Part shown: piece by piece, positions 52,108 to 61,027 of the stretch
Position numbering within the stretch: position 1 is the first letter of the stretch
Layout: every line of letters starts with the position of its first letter
NCBI GenBank assembly: GCA_036560025.1
Contig: DATBRZ010000259.1
Location: 96 to 64,095 of the forward strand
DNA length: 64,000 nt
Reading direction: 5' to 3'
DNA from: Gemmatimonadaceae bacterium
GTDB lineage: Bacteria; Gemmatimonadota; Gemmatimonadetes; Gemmatimonadales; Gemmatimonadaceae
Made by a program: the position numbers and the translations under genes
The notes under the pieces: model-generated
The model's input: the letters and a program-made list of their open reading frames with translations, nothing else
Databases searched by the model: none
What the model was told of the DNA's origin: nothing

Positions 52108-52266
52108 ATGGGATTCGGCGGACTGTTGCGAGAGCTATGGGCATTCATGCGTGAGCGGAAGAAGTTGTGGCTCCTTCCGATCGTCGTCGTTCTAGTGCTG
52201 GTCGGCGGCCTGCTCGTGCTCGCGCAGGGGTCGGCACTGGCTCCGTTCATCTACACGATCTTCTAG
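52108..52266 (+). CDS. SxtK/DUF5989 single-TM micropeptide (52 aa; not in the ORF track)
   Basis: MGFGGLLRELWAFMRERKKLWLLPIVVVLVLVGGLLVLAQGSALAPFIYTIF*; AAGGAA upstream; stop overlaps the next GTG. Confidence 0.92.
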   Translation: MGFGGLLRELWAFMRERKKLWLLPIVVVLVLVGGLLVLAQGSALAPFIYTIF

Positions 52267-54233
52267 TGGCGCGCCGCAAGGCGTCGAAGAACAGGAACGC
52301 GACGCGTGAGCGCGAAGAGCGCCCCAGTGCTGCAGCGGAGCCTGCACCGAACTCGCAAAAACTCAGCACCGGAAAGAAGGCTGCGTTCACTGCGATTGCG
52401 CTTCTTTTCCCGTTCATCGTCCTTGGATTGCTCGAGGCTGGACTGCGAATCGCAGGGTATGGCGCTCAGCCTCCGCTGTTCGATTCGCCCGAATTCGTCC
52501 GCGGAACACTGCTCGTTCCGAATCAGGATGTCGGCGCTCGCTATTTCCCACGCGAAAAATTCCCGCCATCACCACCGGGCGATTTTTTCCTAGCGAACAA
52601 GCCGCCGAATGCGTTGCGGCTGTTCCTGATGGGAGAATCCGCCGCTGCAGGATTCCCATATCCACGCAACGGAACATTCTCGCGCGTGCTTCAGGATGCG
52701 CTGCAGGATGTACTGCCGAACGACACAGTCGAAGTGATCAACCTCGGCATCGCAGCGACGAACAGCTACACCATTGCTGATCTCGCGCGCGAAGTAGTCG
52801 AGCAGCATCCCGATGCCGTTCTCATCTACGCCGGCCACAACGAGTACTACGGCGCGCTTGGTGTGGGGTCGACCGAAACACTCGGTCAGTTTCCCGGCTT
52901 CGTGCGGCTCTACCTGCGGCTTCAGCGATTTAGAACTGTGCACCTGGTGCGGGCAGGTCTTGGAAGAATCCTTTCCGCATTTCGCGGCGGGTCACCAGTC
53001 CCAGGGACCGAGGATGATCCGAGCAGAATGGCCAGCGTCGTCGCCAATCAGAACATCGCGCTTGGAAGTGCGGCCTTCGACGCCGGGAAGAGACAGTACG
53101 AGAGCAATCTGCGGTATGCGATCGGAGTCTTTCGTCGCGCCGGCGTGCCCGTATTCGTTGCGAGCACGCCAAGCAATCTTCGAGACTTGCGGCCGTTTGA
53201 CGCCGTTCAGAACGGAAACGCCAGACCGTCGGCGGTCGTTTTCGACTCGGCAAACTCGGCGCTCGCCAAGTCGGATTCGGCGAGCGCTCGAAGACTGTAC
53301 GAGAGAGCGCGCGATCTCGATGCAATTCGCTTTCGCGCGCCCGGCGAGTTCCGCACGATCGTTCAGCGAGTCGCATCTGAGTCAGGATCGACGTACGTAC
53401 CCGCGGATGAGCTGGTAAGCCGCGCGTCGAAATTCGGAATTCCGGGCAGCGATCTCTTCCTCGAGCACGTTCACCCGAATCACACCGGATACGCGCTGCT
53501 TGCGCGGATCTTTTATGAGGCGATCGCGCGCAGGAATTTCCTCGGTCACCGCGCGGATACGCTGCGGCTTGCGGCGTGGCCCGAGTACGAGCGCCGAATG
53601 AGTCTGACCGACCTAGATGAGCGGATTGCGTTTCACACTGTGCGGACAATCATGCTTCGCTGGCCGTTCGTCCCGATTCGGGCACAAGCCGATTATCGCG
53701 GGACGTACCATCCTGTCGGCTTCATCGACTCGCTTGCGCTTTCGGTCTCTCGGGGCGGGATGCCCTGGGTCGCAGCAAAAACAGCGGCCGGCGAAAGGTT
53801 CGAAAAAGATCATGAGCCTCAGCGCGCCCTCGCGGAGTATCGCGGGCTTCTCCACAATCAGCCGCGATCAGAGCAACCCTGGAGATTGATTGGTCGTGCA
53901 TTCCTCGAAGCCGGACAGCTCGATTCAGCGGAGACTTACCTCACACGCGCGCAGAACATTCGACCTTCGGGGTTTTCCGCGTATGCGCTCGGCCTGATCG
54001 CCTCCAGGCGGAAGGACCTTCCGCGCGCGATGGTGATGCTCGAGGAATCTTTGCGGCTTCAGCCTGACAATCCTCCCACGCTATACGAGCTATCGCTCGC
54101 GTATGCACTGTCGCACAATCTCGATGCAGCACGAGGCGCAGCGCTCCGGCTCGCACAGGTCGCGCCCAGTTATCCGGGGCTCAGTCAATGGCTGACTACG
54201 CTAGGCATCGCTCCGCCGTCGCCTCAACGGTAG
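52266..54233 (+). CDS. membrane-anchored SGNH/GDSL protein with TPR repeats
   Basis: TM...LEAGLR, GES (block I), INLG, GHNE (block III), EHVHP (block V), C-terminal TPRs. Confidence 0.87.
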   Translation: MARRKASKNRNATREREERPSAAAEPAPNSQKLSTGKKAAFTAIALLFPFIVLGLLEAGLRIAGYGAQPPLFDSPEFVRGTLLVPNQDVGARYFPREKFPPSPPGDFFLANKPPNALRLFLMGESAAAGFPYPRNGTFSRVLQDALQDVLPNDTVEVINLGIAATNSYTIADLAREVVEQHPDAVLIYAGHNEYYGALGVGSTETLGQFPGFVRLYLRLQRFRTVHLVRAGLGRILSAFRGGSPVPGTEDDPSRMASVVANQNIALGSAAFDAGKRQYESNLRYAIGVFRRAGVPVFVASTPSNLRDLRPFDAVQNGNARPSAVVFDSANSALAKSDSASARRLYERARDLDAIRFRAPGEFRTIVQRVASESGSTYVPADELVSRASKFGIPGSDLFLEHVHPNHTGYALLARIFYEAIARRNFLGHRADTLRLAAWPEYERRMSLTDLDERIAFHTVRTIMLRWPFVPIRAQADYRGTYHPVGFIDSLALSVSRGGMPWVAAKTAAGERFEKDHEPQRALAEYRGLLHNQPRSEQPWRLIGRAFLEAGQLDSAETYLTRAQNIRPSGFSAYALGLIASRRKDLPRAMVMLEESLRLQPDNPPTLYELSLAYALSHNLDAARGAALRLAQVAPSYPGLSQWLTTLGIAPPSPQR

Positions 54234-54289
54234 TACGTTTTGAATGGCAGTCACCGCACATGGAATGTCGTGAACGGAAAGGAGAAACG

Positions 54290-54847
54290 ATGACGAGGTC
54301 GATTCTGCGTGTAGCTGTCGTAGTCGCGTTTCTGTTTGTCGTATCGAGCTGTGCGCATGCTCCGTCGCCGCTGAATCGCGTAGGAGTCGCTTACGTGACG
54401 TTTGCCGATGCAGCCGGAGCGCCGCGCGGCACGGCCGAGCTGTGGCAGGATACCGATAACGTCGTCCACGTCCAGCTGCAGCTACTCGGTCTGCCTGCCG
54501 GGACGCACGGCATTCACTTTCACGCGGTGGGAAGGTGCGAGGGAAGCGGCACGACGCCGTTCAGCACGGCCGGCTCGCACTTCAATCCGCTCGGACGCCA
54601 GCACGGACTGGAAAATCCTGCTGGTCCGCACGGCGGAGATCTGCCGAACATCGTGGCTTCGAATGACGGCAGCGTGAGCGTCGGACTAGCGACCGATCGC
54701 GTGTCGCTCACCGCAGGATCCACCACCTTGTTCGATGCCGACGGCACGGCGATGGTAATCCACGCCGCCGCGGACGATCAGGTATCTCAGCCGGCGGGGA
54801 ACAGTGGGGCGCGAATCGCGTGTGGAGTTGTCAGGCGCACCCTTTAG
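54290..54847 (+). CDS. sodC: Cu/Zn superoxide dismutase lipoprotein
   Basis: HGIHFH, HFNP, HG, HGGD, IH..DD, GARIACG; lipobox SSC; start ATG 54290. Confidence 0.93.
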   Translation: MTRSILRVAVVVAFLFVVSSCAHAPSPLNRVGVAYVTFADAAGAPRGTAELWQDTDNVVHVQLQLLGLPAGTHGIHFHAVGRCEGSGTTPFSTAGSHFNPLGRQHGLENPAGPHGGDLPNIVASNDGSVSVGLATDRVSLTAGSTTLFDADGTAMVIHAAADDQVSQPAGNSGARIACGVVRRTL

Positions 54848-54888
54848 AGTTCCGGGCGCTGCATCGGTAACGCTTCGATGCCATTCGC

Positions 54889-57594
54889 TTACTGATCGGA
54901 GCTAGTTCTCCCTAGGGCGGCGAAGGCCTGCCCACGGTAATAATCCGATCCGATCGAATTCGCGGCGCGCTCGTACGCTGTTCTGAGCCCGGAGTCGAGC
55001 CGGTAGCTCCGCGCAACACGAGTGAGAAGACCGGCAAGCTCGTGATCTGATCGGATCGTCGGCGCCGCGGCGAGCAGCGCTGCAACAGTCTCACGTGTGA
55101 GCGGACGCTCGGCGAGAGCCTGTGACATTGCTGCGGCCTTGTAGTAGTCCGAGCCGATGCTGCGGACCGCGTTGAAGTACCAGTCACGGCTCGATCCCTT
55201 GAGTCGCCCGTGCTGAATGAGCGCCTGGAGCGACTCGGATTTGTAGTAATCCGACTTGATTCCGGAGATCGCGTTGATGATCGACGATGAAATCCCTTCG
55301 TCCCATTCGGTTCCGGTATCGAGCGTCTTGATCACCTCGTACCTGTAGTAGTCCGATCCGATCTTGTCGAGCGCGTCCATGTAGTACTGCCGCGTCTGCG
55401 GATTGATCGCGTACTTCCGCGCGACACCCTTGAGAATCTCCGCCTGGTAGTAATCCGATTTGATCGTACCTGCGGTGCGCAGCAGGAACGACAGAGTCGT
55501 CGAGCTCAGGCGATCGTTCACGAGCACTTTTCCGATCGCCTCCGACTTGTAGTAATCGGATGTCATCCGGCCGGTCGCTTCGGCAAACGCACGCCAGACG
55601 CTTTCGTCTGCGTATCGTTGAGAGGAAAGCTTGCCCAGTGTCTCCGACAGGTAGTAATCGGAAGAGATCTCGCTCGCTGCCTGATTGATCAGACGAACGA
55701 GGGTCGGCGCGTCGAAATTCATCCCCATGCTCAAGAGGACGCTGTAGTATCGGTGACGCGCGTAATCACCTTCGAGCCGCGAGATCTCGTCAGTTACGGA
55801 ACGAATGCCGTTCTGCTCGAACAGCATTGGCACTCGCGTGTCGGCAGCGAACGCGGTTCGACGCTCGAGTGCTAGCAATGCATCCGCTAACCAGCGCCGC
55901 GCCCCAGCGTCAAACTCACTGCGCCTGCCATTGACATAGTAGACATGATCCAGGCCACCGCGTGCCGGCCGAATCTCGATTCGCCGGGTGGTGCCGCCGT
56001 CGCGCTCCTCCATCCAGAACGATCCATCGGATTCGAGCGAGGCGACGTCAGTGAGATCGGGGCGCAGCGTGAACTTGCCATCTATCTGCATCTCCATCCG
56101 GCATCCGCCGCGCTCGAATTTGACGGAGAATGAACGCCGGCCGCGACGTGAATCGTCGTCGTTGCTGCTGATGCTGGTCGAGCCCTTCTCGCCCTCTTTG
56201 CTTCGCGTTTGCCAGCAGACTTGCGCTGACGACACAGTCATCGTGAGATCGGGCGTTGCGAGCGTCACCAATCCAGCCGGTGCCTGCATCGCCTTGATGA
56301 AGGGAACGGCAGCGGTGATGAACGTGCTGCTGAGAGAGGGCACGCCGTTGGTCGCAGCAGTAGCTGCGGGCGCATCCGTTTTTGCAGGAACTGCCGGGGA
56401 GACCGATCTCGGCATCGCCGCGGACACAGTTCCCTTAGTGACGGAACCGGGCACAGGGGTTCCGACTTCTCGAGGAGCCGGGGATGCAACCGACCACGGC
56501 GCGAGTGCGGCCAAGGGAGCGATGAGCAGCGTTACTGCCGTACCGGCAAGAGAGCGGAAGCGGCGCGAGACTCCGTTGCGCGGCCGCGATGGATCAAGCA
56601 CTGCGATCACGCGACCGGACAGCTGTGACGGACGAGCCATTGCAATCGCTGCATGCGCCGTCGCCGGGATTGCCCGTAACGACCGAGCGACGTCGAGAAG
56701 CTGGTCAGCGTAGTCTGACGGACGAGATCCTGCGCTGATGACTCGATCATCGCAGGCGAGCTCACGTTCGACACGCATCCGCCGCGCCGCGACCCAGACC
56801 AGTGGATTGAACCAATAGACAGCGCACGCAACCTGGGCGATCAGCTGTGTCAGGCAATCAAACCGATCCGTGTGCGCAAGCTCGTGCATTACGACGTTTC
56901 GAATCTTCCATCTTGGCCAGTCGCTGACGCGAGCGGGGAGAAGCAGCACTGGTGAAGCGAGTCCCCATGTCATTGGCATCGCTGCAGCATGACTCTCGAG
57001 GACGCGCACCTTGCGCGTGATTCCGTAAAGCGCGGTCACTACCGCAACGACTTCGGCAACCGGACCCGACTCGATCGAGACTGCTCGGCGAGCGACGAGC
57101 GAAAGCCGGATGCGAGCGACGAGAATTGGAACGAATACGGCGATGAAACCGGCAAACCAGAGAAGGGCGAGACGCATCGACAAGGGAACCGGCTGCGGAT
57201 CGAGAACCCTTCCGGACTCAGGACTAACGGCCATCGACGATCGACGACTAATTGCGGATTGCAGACTGACTGCGGACTGCTGATCAAGCGCGGGAACACG
57301 ACGCGCAAGGTTGTCCGCAGGACCAGTTACCGGCGGCAGAACCGTGGCAGAACGAACGATCGGCTCATCGACGATCACACCACTCGGTGGAGAAAGAAGC
57401 GATACTCGGAGCGGAGGGAGCGCACGCATCAACAGGGGCAACGCAAGTGTTCCGACAACTGCGAAAGTCCAGACGAGGTGTCGCGAGGCCGCTGGGGATC
57501 GCCGCATTGCAAGCGTCGCAACTCCCGCGGCGGCGAGAACCACGATGCTCTTGAGAGCGAGATCAATGAGGAAAACAACCGAGGTGCTCATCAC
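54889..57594 (-). CDS. BlaR1-like M56 metallopeptidase with C-terminal helical repeats
   Basis: RHLVW, HELAH, YWFNPLVW, ERELACD; nine SDYY-type repeats. Confidence 0.92.
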   Translation of the reverse strand: MMSTSVVFLIDLALKSIVVLAAAGVATLAMRRSPAASRHLVWTFAVVGTLALPLLMRALPPLRVSLLSPPSGVIVDEPIVRSATVLPPVTGPADNLARRVPALDQQSAVSLQSAISRRSSMAVSPESGRVLDPQPVPLSMRLALLWFAGFIAVFVPILVARIRLSLVARRAVSIESGPVAEVVAVVTALYGITRKVRVLESHAAAMPMTWGLASPVLLLPARVSDWPRWKIRNVVMHELAHTDRFDCLTQLIAQVACAVYWFNPLVWVAARRMRVERELACDDRVISAGSRPSDYADQLLDVARSLRAIPATAHAAIAMARPSQLSGRVIAVLDPSRPRNGVSRRFRSLAGTAVTLLIAPLAALAPWSVASPAPREVGTPVPGSVTKGTVSAAMPRSVSPAVPAKTDAPAATAATNGVPSLSSTFITAAVPFIKAMQAPAGLVTLATPDLTMTVSSAQVCWQTRSKEGEKGSTSISSNDDDSRRGRRSFSVKFERGGCRMEMQIDGKFTLRPDLTDVASLESDGSFWMEERDGGTTRRIEIRPARGGLDHVYYVNGRRSEFDAGARRWLADALLALERRTAFAADTRVPMLFEQNGIRSVTDEISRLEGDYARHRYYSVLLSMGMNFDAPTLVRLINQAASEISSDYYLSETLGKLSSQRYADESVWRAFAEATGRMTSDYYKSEAIGKVLVNDRLSSTTLSFLLRTAGTIKSDYYQAEILKGVARKYAINPQTRQYYMDALDKIGSDYYRYEVIKTLDTGTEWDEGISSSIINAISGIKSDYYKSESLQALIQHGRLKGSSRDWYFNAVRSIGSDYYKAAAMSQALAERPLTRETVAALLAAAPTIRSDHELAGLLTRVARSYRLDSGLRTAYERAANSIGSDYYRGQAFAALGRTSSDQ

Positions 57595-57974
57595 TTGCCC
57601 TCCTTCTTCGCCTGCTCGACGAGCTCGCTCAATCGATCGAGCTCCTCGCCTGAAAGATCCCGCGCGGAAAGGTCGAGCAATGCGGCAACAGCCTGCGTCG
57701 CTGACCCGTCGAAGAATGTCTTCACCATCTGTCTGAGCGCGGATTTTTGCGCTGCCGGCCGCGATACAGTAGGAGTGAAAACGTAGCGCGGTCCATCGTA
57801 CTTGTGAGTGAGATGCCCTTTCTCCTCGAGAATGCGAAGCAGTGACCTCACCGCCGAATAACTCGGTGCATCCGGGAGATTGTCACGCACTTCGGCGGCA
57901 GTAGCCGAGCCGGCGCGGTAGACAATGTCCATGATCTGGCGTTCGCGGCGCGAAAGGTTGGCGAGTGGCGGCAT
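57591..57974 (-). CDS. BlaI/MecI/CopY-family repressor
   Basis: LSRRERQIM, YSAVRSLL.ILEEKG, FFDGS. Confidence 0.94.
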   Translation of the reverse strand: MPPLANLSRRERQIMDIVYRAGSATAAEVRDNLPDAPSYSAVRSLLRILEEKGHLTHKYDGPRYVFTPTVSRPAAQKSALRQMVKTFFDGSATQAVAALLDLSARDLSGEELDRLSELVEQAKKEGK

Positions 57975-57990
57975 GGTCTAATCAGCTTGG

Positions 57991-58045
57991 GTGCTAAAGG
58001 TTTGGCACTATGCCAAAAAATTAGCATCAGGCCTGAGGCTGTCAA
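57991..58045 (-). promoter_or_regulatory. promoter with two tandem palindromic operators
   Basis: GTGCTAA-AGGT-TTGGCAC (57991-58008), ATGCCAA-AAAA-TTAGCAT (58010-58027); minus-strand TTGACA-16 nt-TAATTT. Confidence 0.78.
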
Positions 58046-58091
58046 GTGGACTCCTCCTCAGACCGTAGTTAGTTCGCAGTTCGTAATCGTT

Positions 58092-60815
58092 TTACATCGC
58101 GGGAATCCAGAAATTGGCTTTCACCGCAAAGAAGTTGGTTCCTCGCTCCTTGTATCCGCTGAACAGGTCCGTCACTCGAACGAGATCGCCATTCGGCTCG
58201 AAGCCTGACCTGTTCTGCTGCCAGACGAAGAACATCGTACTTCCCGGCCGGTATTCCCATCGCACCACGAAGTTGCTTCTCACCGATCGAACGTTGAAGT
58301 CGGGGAAGGGAATTGTGAACGTGCTCGGGGCACCGCCAGCTCCTGGCACCGCAGGATCGGTTATCAGGTATCGCCCATCGGTCTGGCGAACGATCGTTGT
58401 GCCGTCGTCGCCGTATGTCCGCAAGTCTCGACTTCGCGGTGCGAGCAGCTCGCCAAAATCGTAATAGTGTCCGCTTGCCGCGAACGGCTCAGCCCAGAAC
58501 TCGAGTGTCAGATCCGGCTTGATCGTGTAATTCAGGCGAATGTCGGTGAAGAAAGTCGCCTGGTCGATGAACGAAAAGACGTAACGACGACCATACGTCT
58601 CTGTCCGACCATTCTGAAGCGTGGCGACATACTGCCGTGAGTTGACTGCCCTTAGATAATTCGGCTCGAGCGACAGCTGCCACTGAGGAACCGGCCGAAT
58701 CGAGAACAACCCGCTGATCCGATTGACCGGAGATCCATACTCATCCTTCCCGTAGTAAACGCGGCCGGACCAACGCGTTTTCGAAGCAAAGCTGTTGCTC
58801 AGCTGAATGATGCCGTAGAGGAAAGAACCCGTACCCATTGAAGGTCCGCCACGCGTGAGTCGCTCATCCTGAGCCCGCGCGTTGTAGCTGGAGAAGAAGC
58901 TCAAAGTCCAGAAGTTCTTGAACGTTGCATCGGCCTGAGCGTAGGGGGCCCTGTACTGCACATCGTTGTCGAAGTTGAGCTCGGTGTCCAATCCGCCGCC
59001 GACCGAGTAATTACGGAACCGCTTCCCCGGCTGTGTATCGCGGTAGCGCAGGTTGAATCCGCCGAATCGGCCGTCGCTCGTCCCTAGCCGCCCGACATCG
59101 TTCGTCTCGAAGGCGGGTGATTCGAATCCACTGTAGATGTAGCCGAGCCACTTACCGGTGTTCTTGTCGAGCTCGACAGTTCCCGCGCCGCCGGTAAGCG
59201 AAGTGCGCGACGGATCGACGTGATACGCCTTCGCATCGAGACGCTGGAAATACCGCGCGCTCGAACGTTGCGCGAGAAGAATTGCAGCCGAGTCGCCTGA
59301 TATATGGCTGAAACCGAGGTAGTGTCTCACGCTCCACGCGCCACCCTGAAACCGCCAGAGAAGATCGTAGCCGCCTGAATACGCACGACGATTGAGGATC
59401 TGTGCCAGCGGCTCTCCGGTCTCGAGATCGCGCTGCATTCCGGTCAGACTCAGTCCGACAGTCGAAGCATCCTTCCCGAACTGCTTCTGCACGCGGCTCA
59501 CGCCATACATCGTGAGCGGAGCAACGACGGTTTTGCTGAATTGCTTCGAGACAGTGTCGTAGGTCTCGGCTTTCTCTCTCGCCGTAACCGCGGTCAGAGC
59601 GCCAAGCGAAGTTCCATTCGGGAATCTTCCCGTGATTTTCGCCGCGCCAAGAATCGTCGACGCCTGCGGATAATCGACGAATGACCCGCTCGCTGGTCCG
59701 CGGGGGCGCGCTCCGATTCGGCGGGAGTAGAAGTAGTTCGCCCCGTTACCGCGAAGCAGCTGAATCCCCTCGAGAAAGAACGGCCGCTTCTCGGTGAAAA
59801 ACGTCTCGAAGGCAGAGAGATTCACCTCGGCTGGATCAGCTTCCACTTGTCCGAAATCGGGATTCACAGTGCCTTCGAGAGTAAGACTGGGGCCAAGCCC
59901 CATTTTGAGATCGCCTCCAAAGCGACCCCTGACATTCCTGCCGTTATCGAATGGATTTTGTCCGTCGCGGTTCGCATTTACCGTCGCGTCGCTCGCGACG
60001 TAGGGAAGCAACTCGAGCCGTCGCGAGGGCTTGATCCCGCTGATTCCTTCCAGTGCGCCCATTCGGGATGACCAGCCCGTGCCCTGGCGAGGAATTGGAA
60101 TCCAGAAAACGTCCTCGTTCTTGGATGGCACCCAGTGGTCGATGTTGAGTCCCCAGTGCTGCACCTCCGCTGCATTGAAGCGGAGTTGACTGAATGGAAT
60201 ACGCATCTCGGCCGTCCACCCGGTCGAATCGATGCGCGACGCAGCTTCCCATACCGGATCGAACCCGGTGTCGATGTTCGTCTCGTTATCGGTGGGGTGA
60301 TACCAGTCGCCGCGAACTCCTGAGGCGCTGACGCCGAAGCTGTAGGCGGTGCGCCGGTCGCGATACGAATCGAGCGATATCCAGATGTGCTCGGCCTGAC
60401 TGATGTTGTCGCGCCTGGCAATGGGTGCCTGAATCGTCCTCGGCGTGCGAGTGATGACGCGCGTCGCGACGAAGAGAGCGTCGTCATCGTACAGGAATCG
60501 GACCTCCATGCTGTCGCTGGGTCTGCCGCCTTCGACCGGTTCCTTCTGAACGAAATCGGTGATTGGTCGTGCTGTCGCCCAGAGGGGTTCGTCGAGTTTT
60601 CCGTCGACGTTGATGCTTCCTCCGCGAATGCGTGTCGCTGTCGCGACTTTGTTCGCGCTTGTCGCTTGAGTGATAGGAGCCGTCGTCTGTGCTGTCAGTT
60701 GCCCGAAGGCGACGAGCGAGGTGATTCCAATTACCAGGAGAGATTTCATGACCTGAGCGGCGTGGTTGATGGCGTGTCCTTTGACGGCAGATGCGTTCGA
60801 ACCGTTCCTTGACAC
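58092..60815 (-). CDS. CBM9-like + DUF5916 outer-membrane protein
   Basis: VDGKLDE..W, EMRIPFSQLRF, VNPDFGQVEAD, EKRPFFLEG, RWEYRPGS; likely start ATG 60749. Confidence 0.9.
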   Translation of the reverse strand: MSRNGSNASAVKGHAINHAAQVMKSLLVIGITSLVAFGQLTAQTTAPITQATSANKVATATRIRGGSINVDGKLDEPLWATARPITDFVQKEPVEGGRPSDSMEVRFLYDDDALFVATRVITRTPRTIQAPIARRDNISQAEHIWISLDSYRDRRTAYSFGVSASGVRGDWYHPTDNETNIDTGFDPVWEAASRIDSTGWTAEMRIPFSQLRFNAAEVQHWGLNIDHWVPSKNEDVFWIPIPRQGTGWSSRMGALEGISGIKPSRRLELLPYVASDATVNANRDGQNPFDNGRNVRGRFGGDLKMGLGPSLTLEGTVNPDFGQVEADPAEVNLSAFETFFTEKRPFFLEGIQLLRGNGANYFYSRRIGARPRGPASGSFVDYPQASTILGAAKITGRFPNGTSLGALTAVTAREKAETYDTVSKQFSKTVVAPLTMYGVSRVQKQFGKDASTVGLSLTGMQRDLETGEPLAQILNRRAYSGGYDLLWRFQGGAWSVRHYLGFSHISGDSAAILLAQRSSARYFQRLDAKAYHVDPSRTSLTGGAGTVELDKNTGKWLGYIYSGFESPAFETNDVGRLGTSDGRFGGFNLRYRDTQPGKRFRNYSVGGGLDTELNFDNDVQYRAPYAQADATFKNFWTLSFFSSYNARAQDERLTRGGPSMGTGSFLYGIIQLSNSFASKTRWSGRVYYGKDEYGSPVNRISGLFSIRPVPQWQLSLEPNYLRAVNSRQYVATLQNGRTETYGRRYVFSFIDQATFFTDIRLNYTIKPDLTLEFWAEPFAASGHYYDFGELLAPRSRDLRTYGDDGTTIVRQTDGRYLITDPAVPGAGGAPSTFTIPFPDFNVRSVRSNFVVRWEYRPGSTMFFVWQQNRSGFEPNGDLVRVTDLFSGYKERGTNFFAVKANFWIPAM

Positions 60816-60834
60816 GTCGGCAGATTGGAGCGTA

Positions 60835-60863
60835 AGTGTGCTGAAAAATCAACACACTGTCAA
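60835..60863 (-). promoter_or_regulatory. palindromic operator adjoining a TTGACA -35
   Basis: AGTGTGCTGA-AAAA-TCAACACACT; resembles the blaI-proximal boxes. Confidence 0.6.
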
Positions 60864-61027
60864 GGCTCGCCGTTTTTTGCTCCTGCTGGCTCGTACGAAG
60901 TGTTGCGGCATCCGTTTCACTTATGGGCGCAGTTCCTGCCTGTTTTTGTCCTGTGCATAACCAACGTGAATATCACAAAGATGTGTTGACGCTATTCGGC
61001 GATGCCCCGTCGAAAGGGGGTGCCGCA

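Noticed and set aside
49883-52266. Saxitoxin biosynthesis cluster (sxtIJK-like)
   Set aside because: No sxtA, sxtG or other core genes in the window; IJK-like trios occur outside toxin clusters.
54900-55790. DNA-level repeat array (GTAGTAATCCGA about every 102 nt)
   Set aside because: Explained by in-frame SDYY protein repeats with synonymous variation.
60965-60978. CRP-like site GTGAATATCAC
   Set aside because: Spacer is 3 nt rather than the 6 nt of TGTGA-N6-TCACA.
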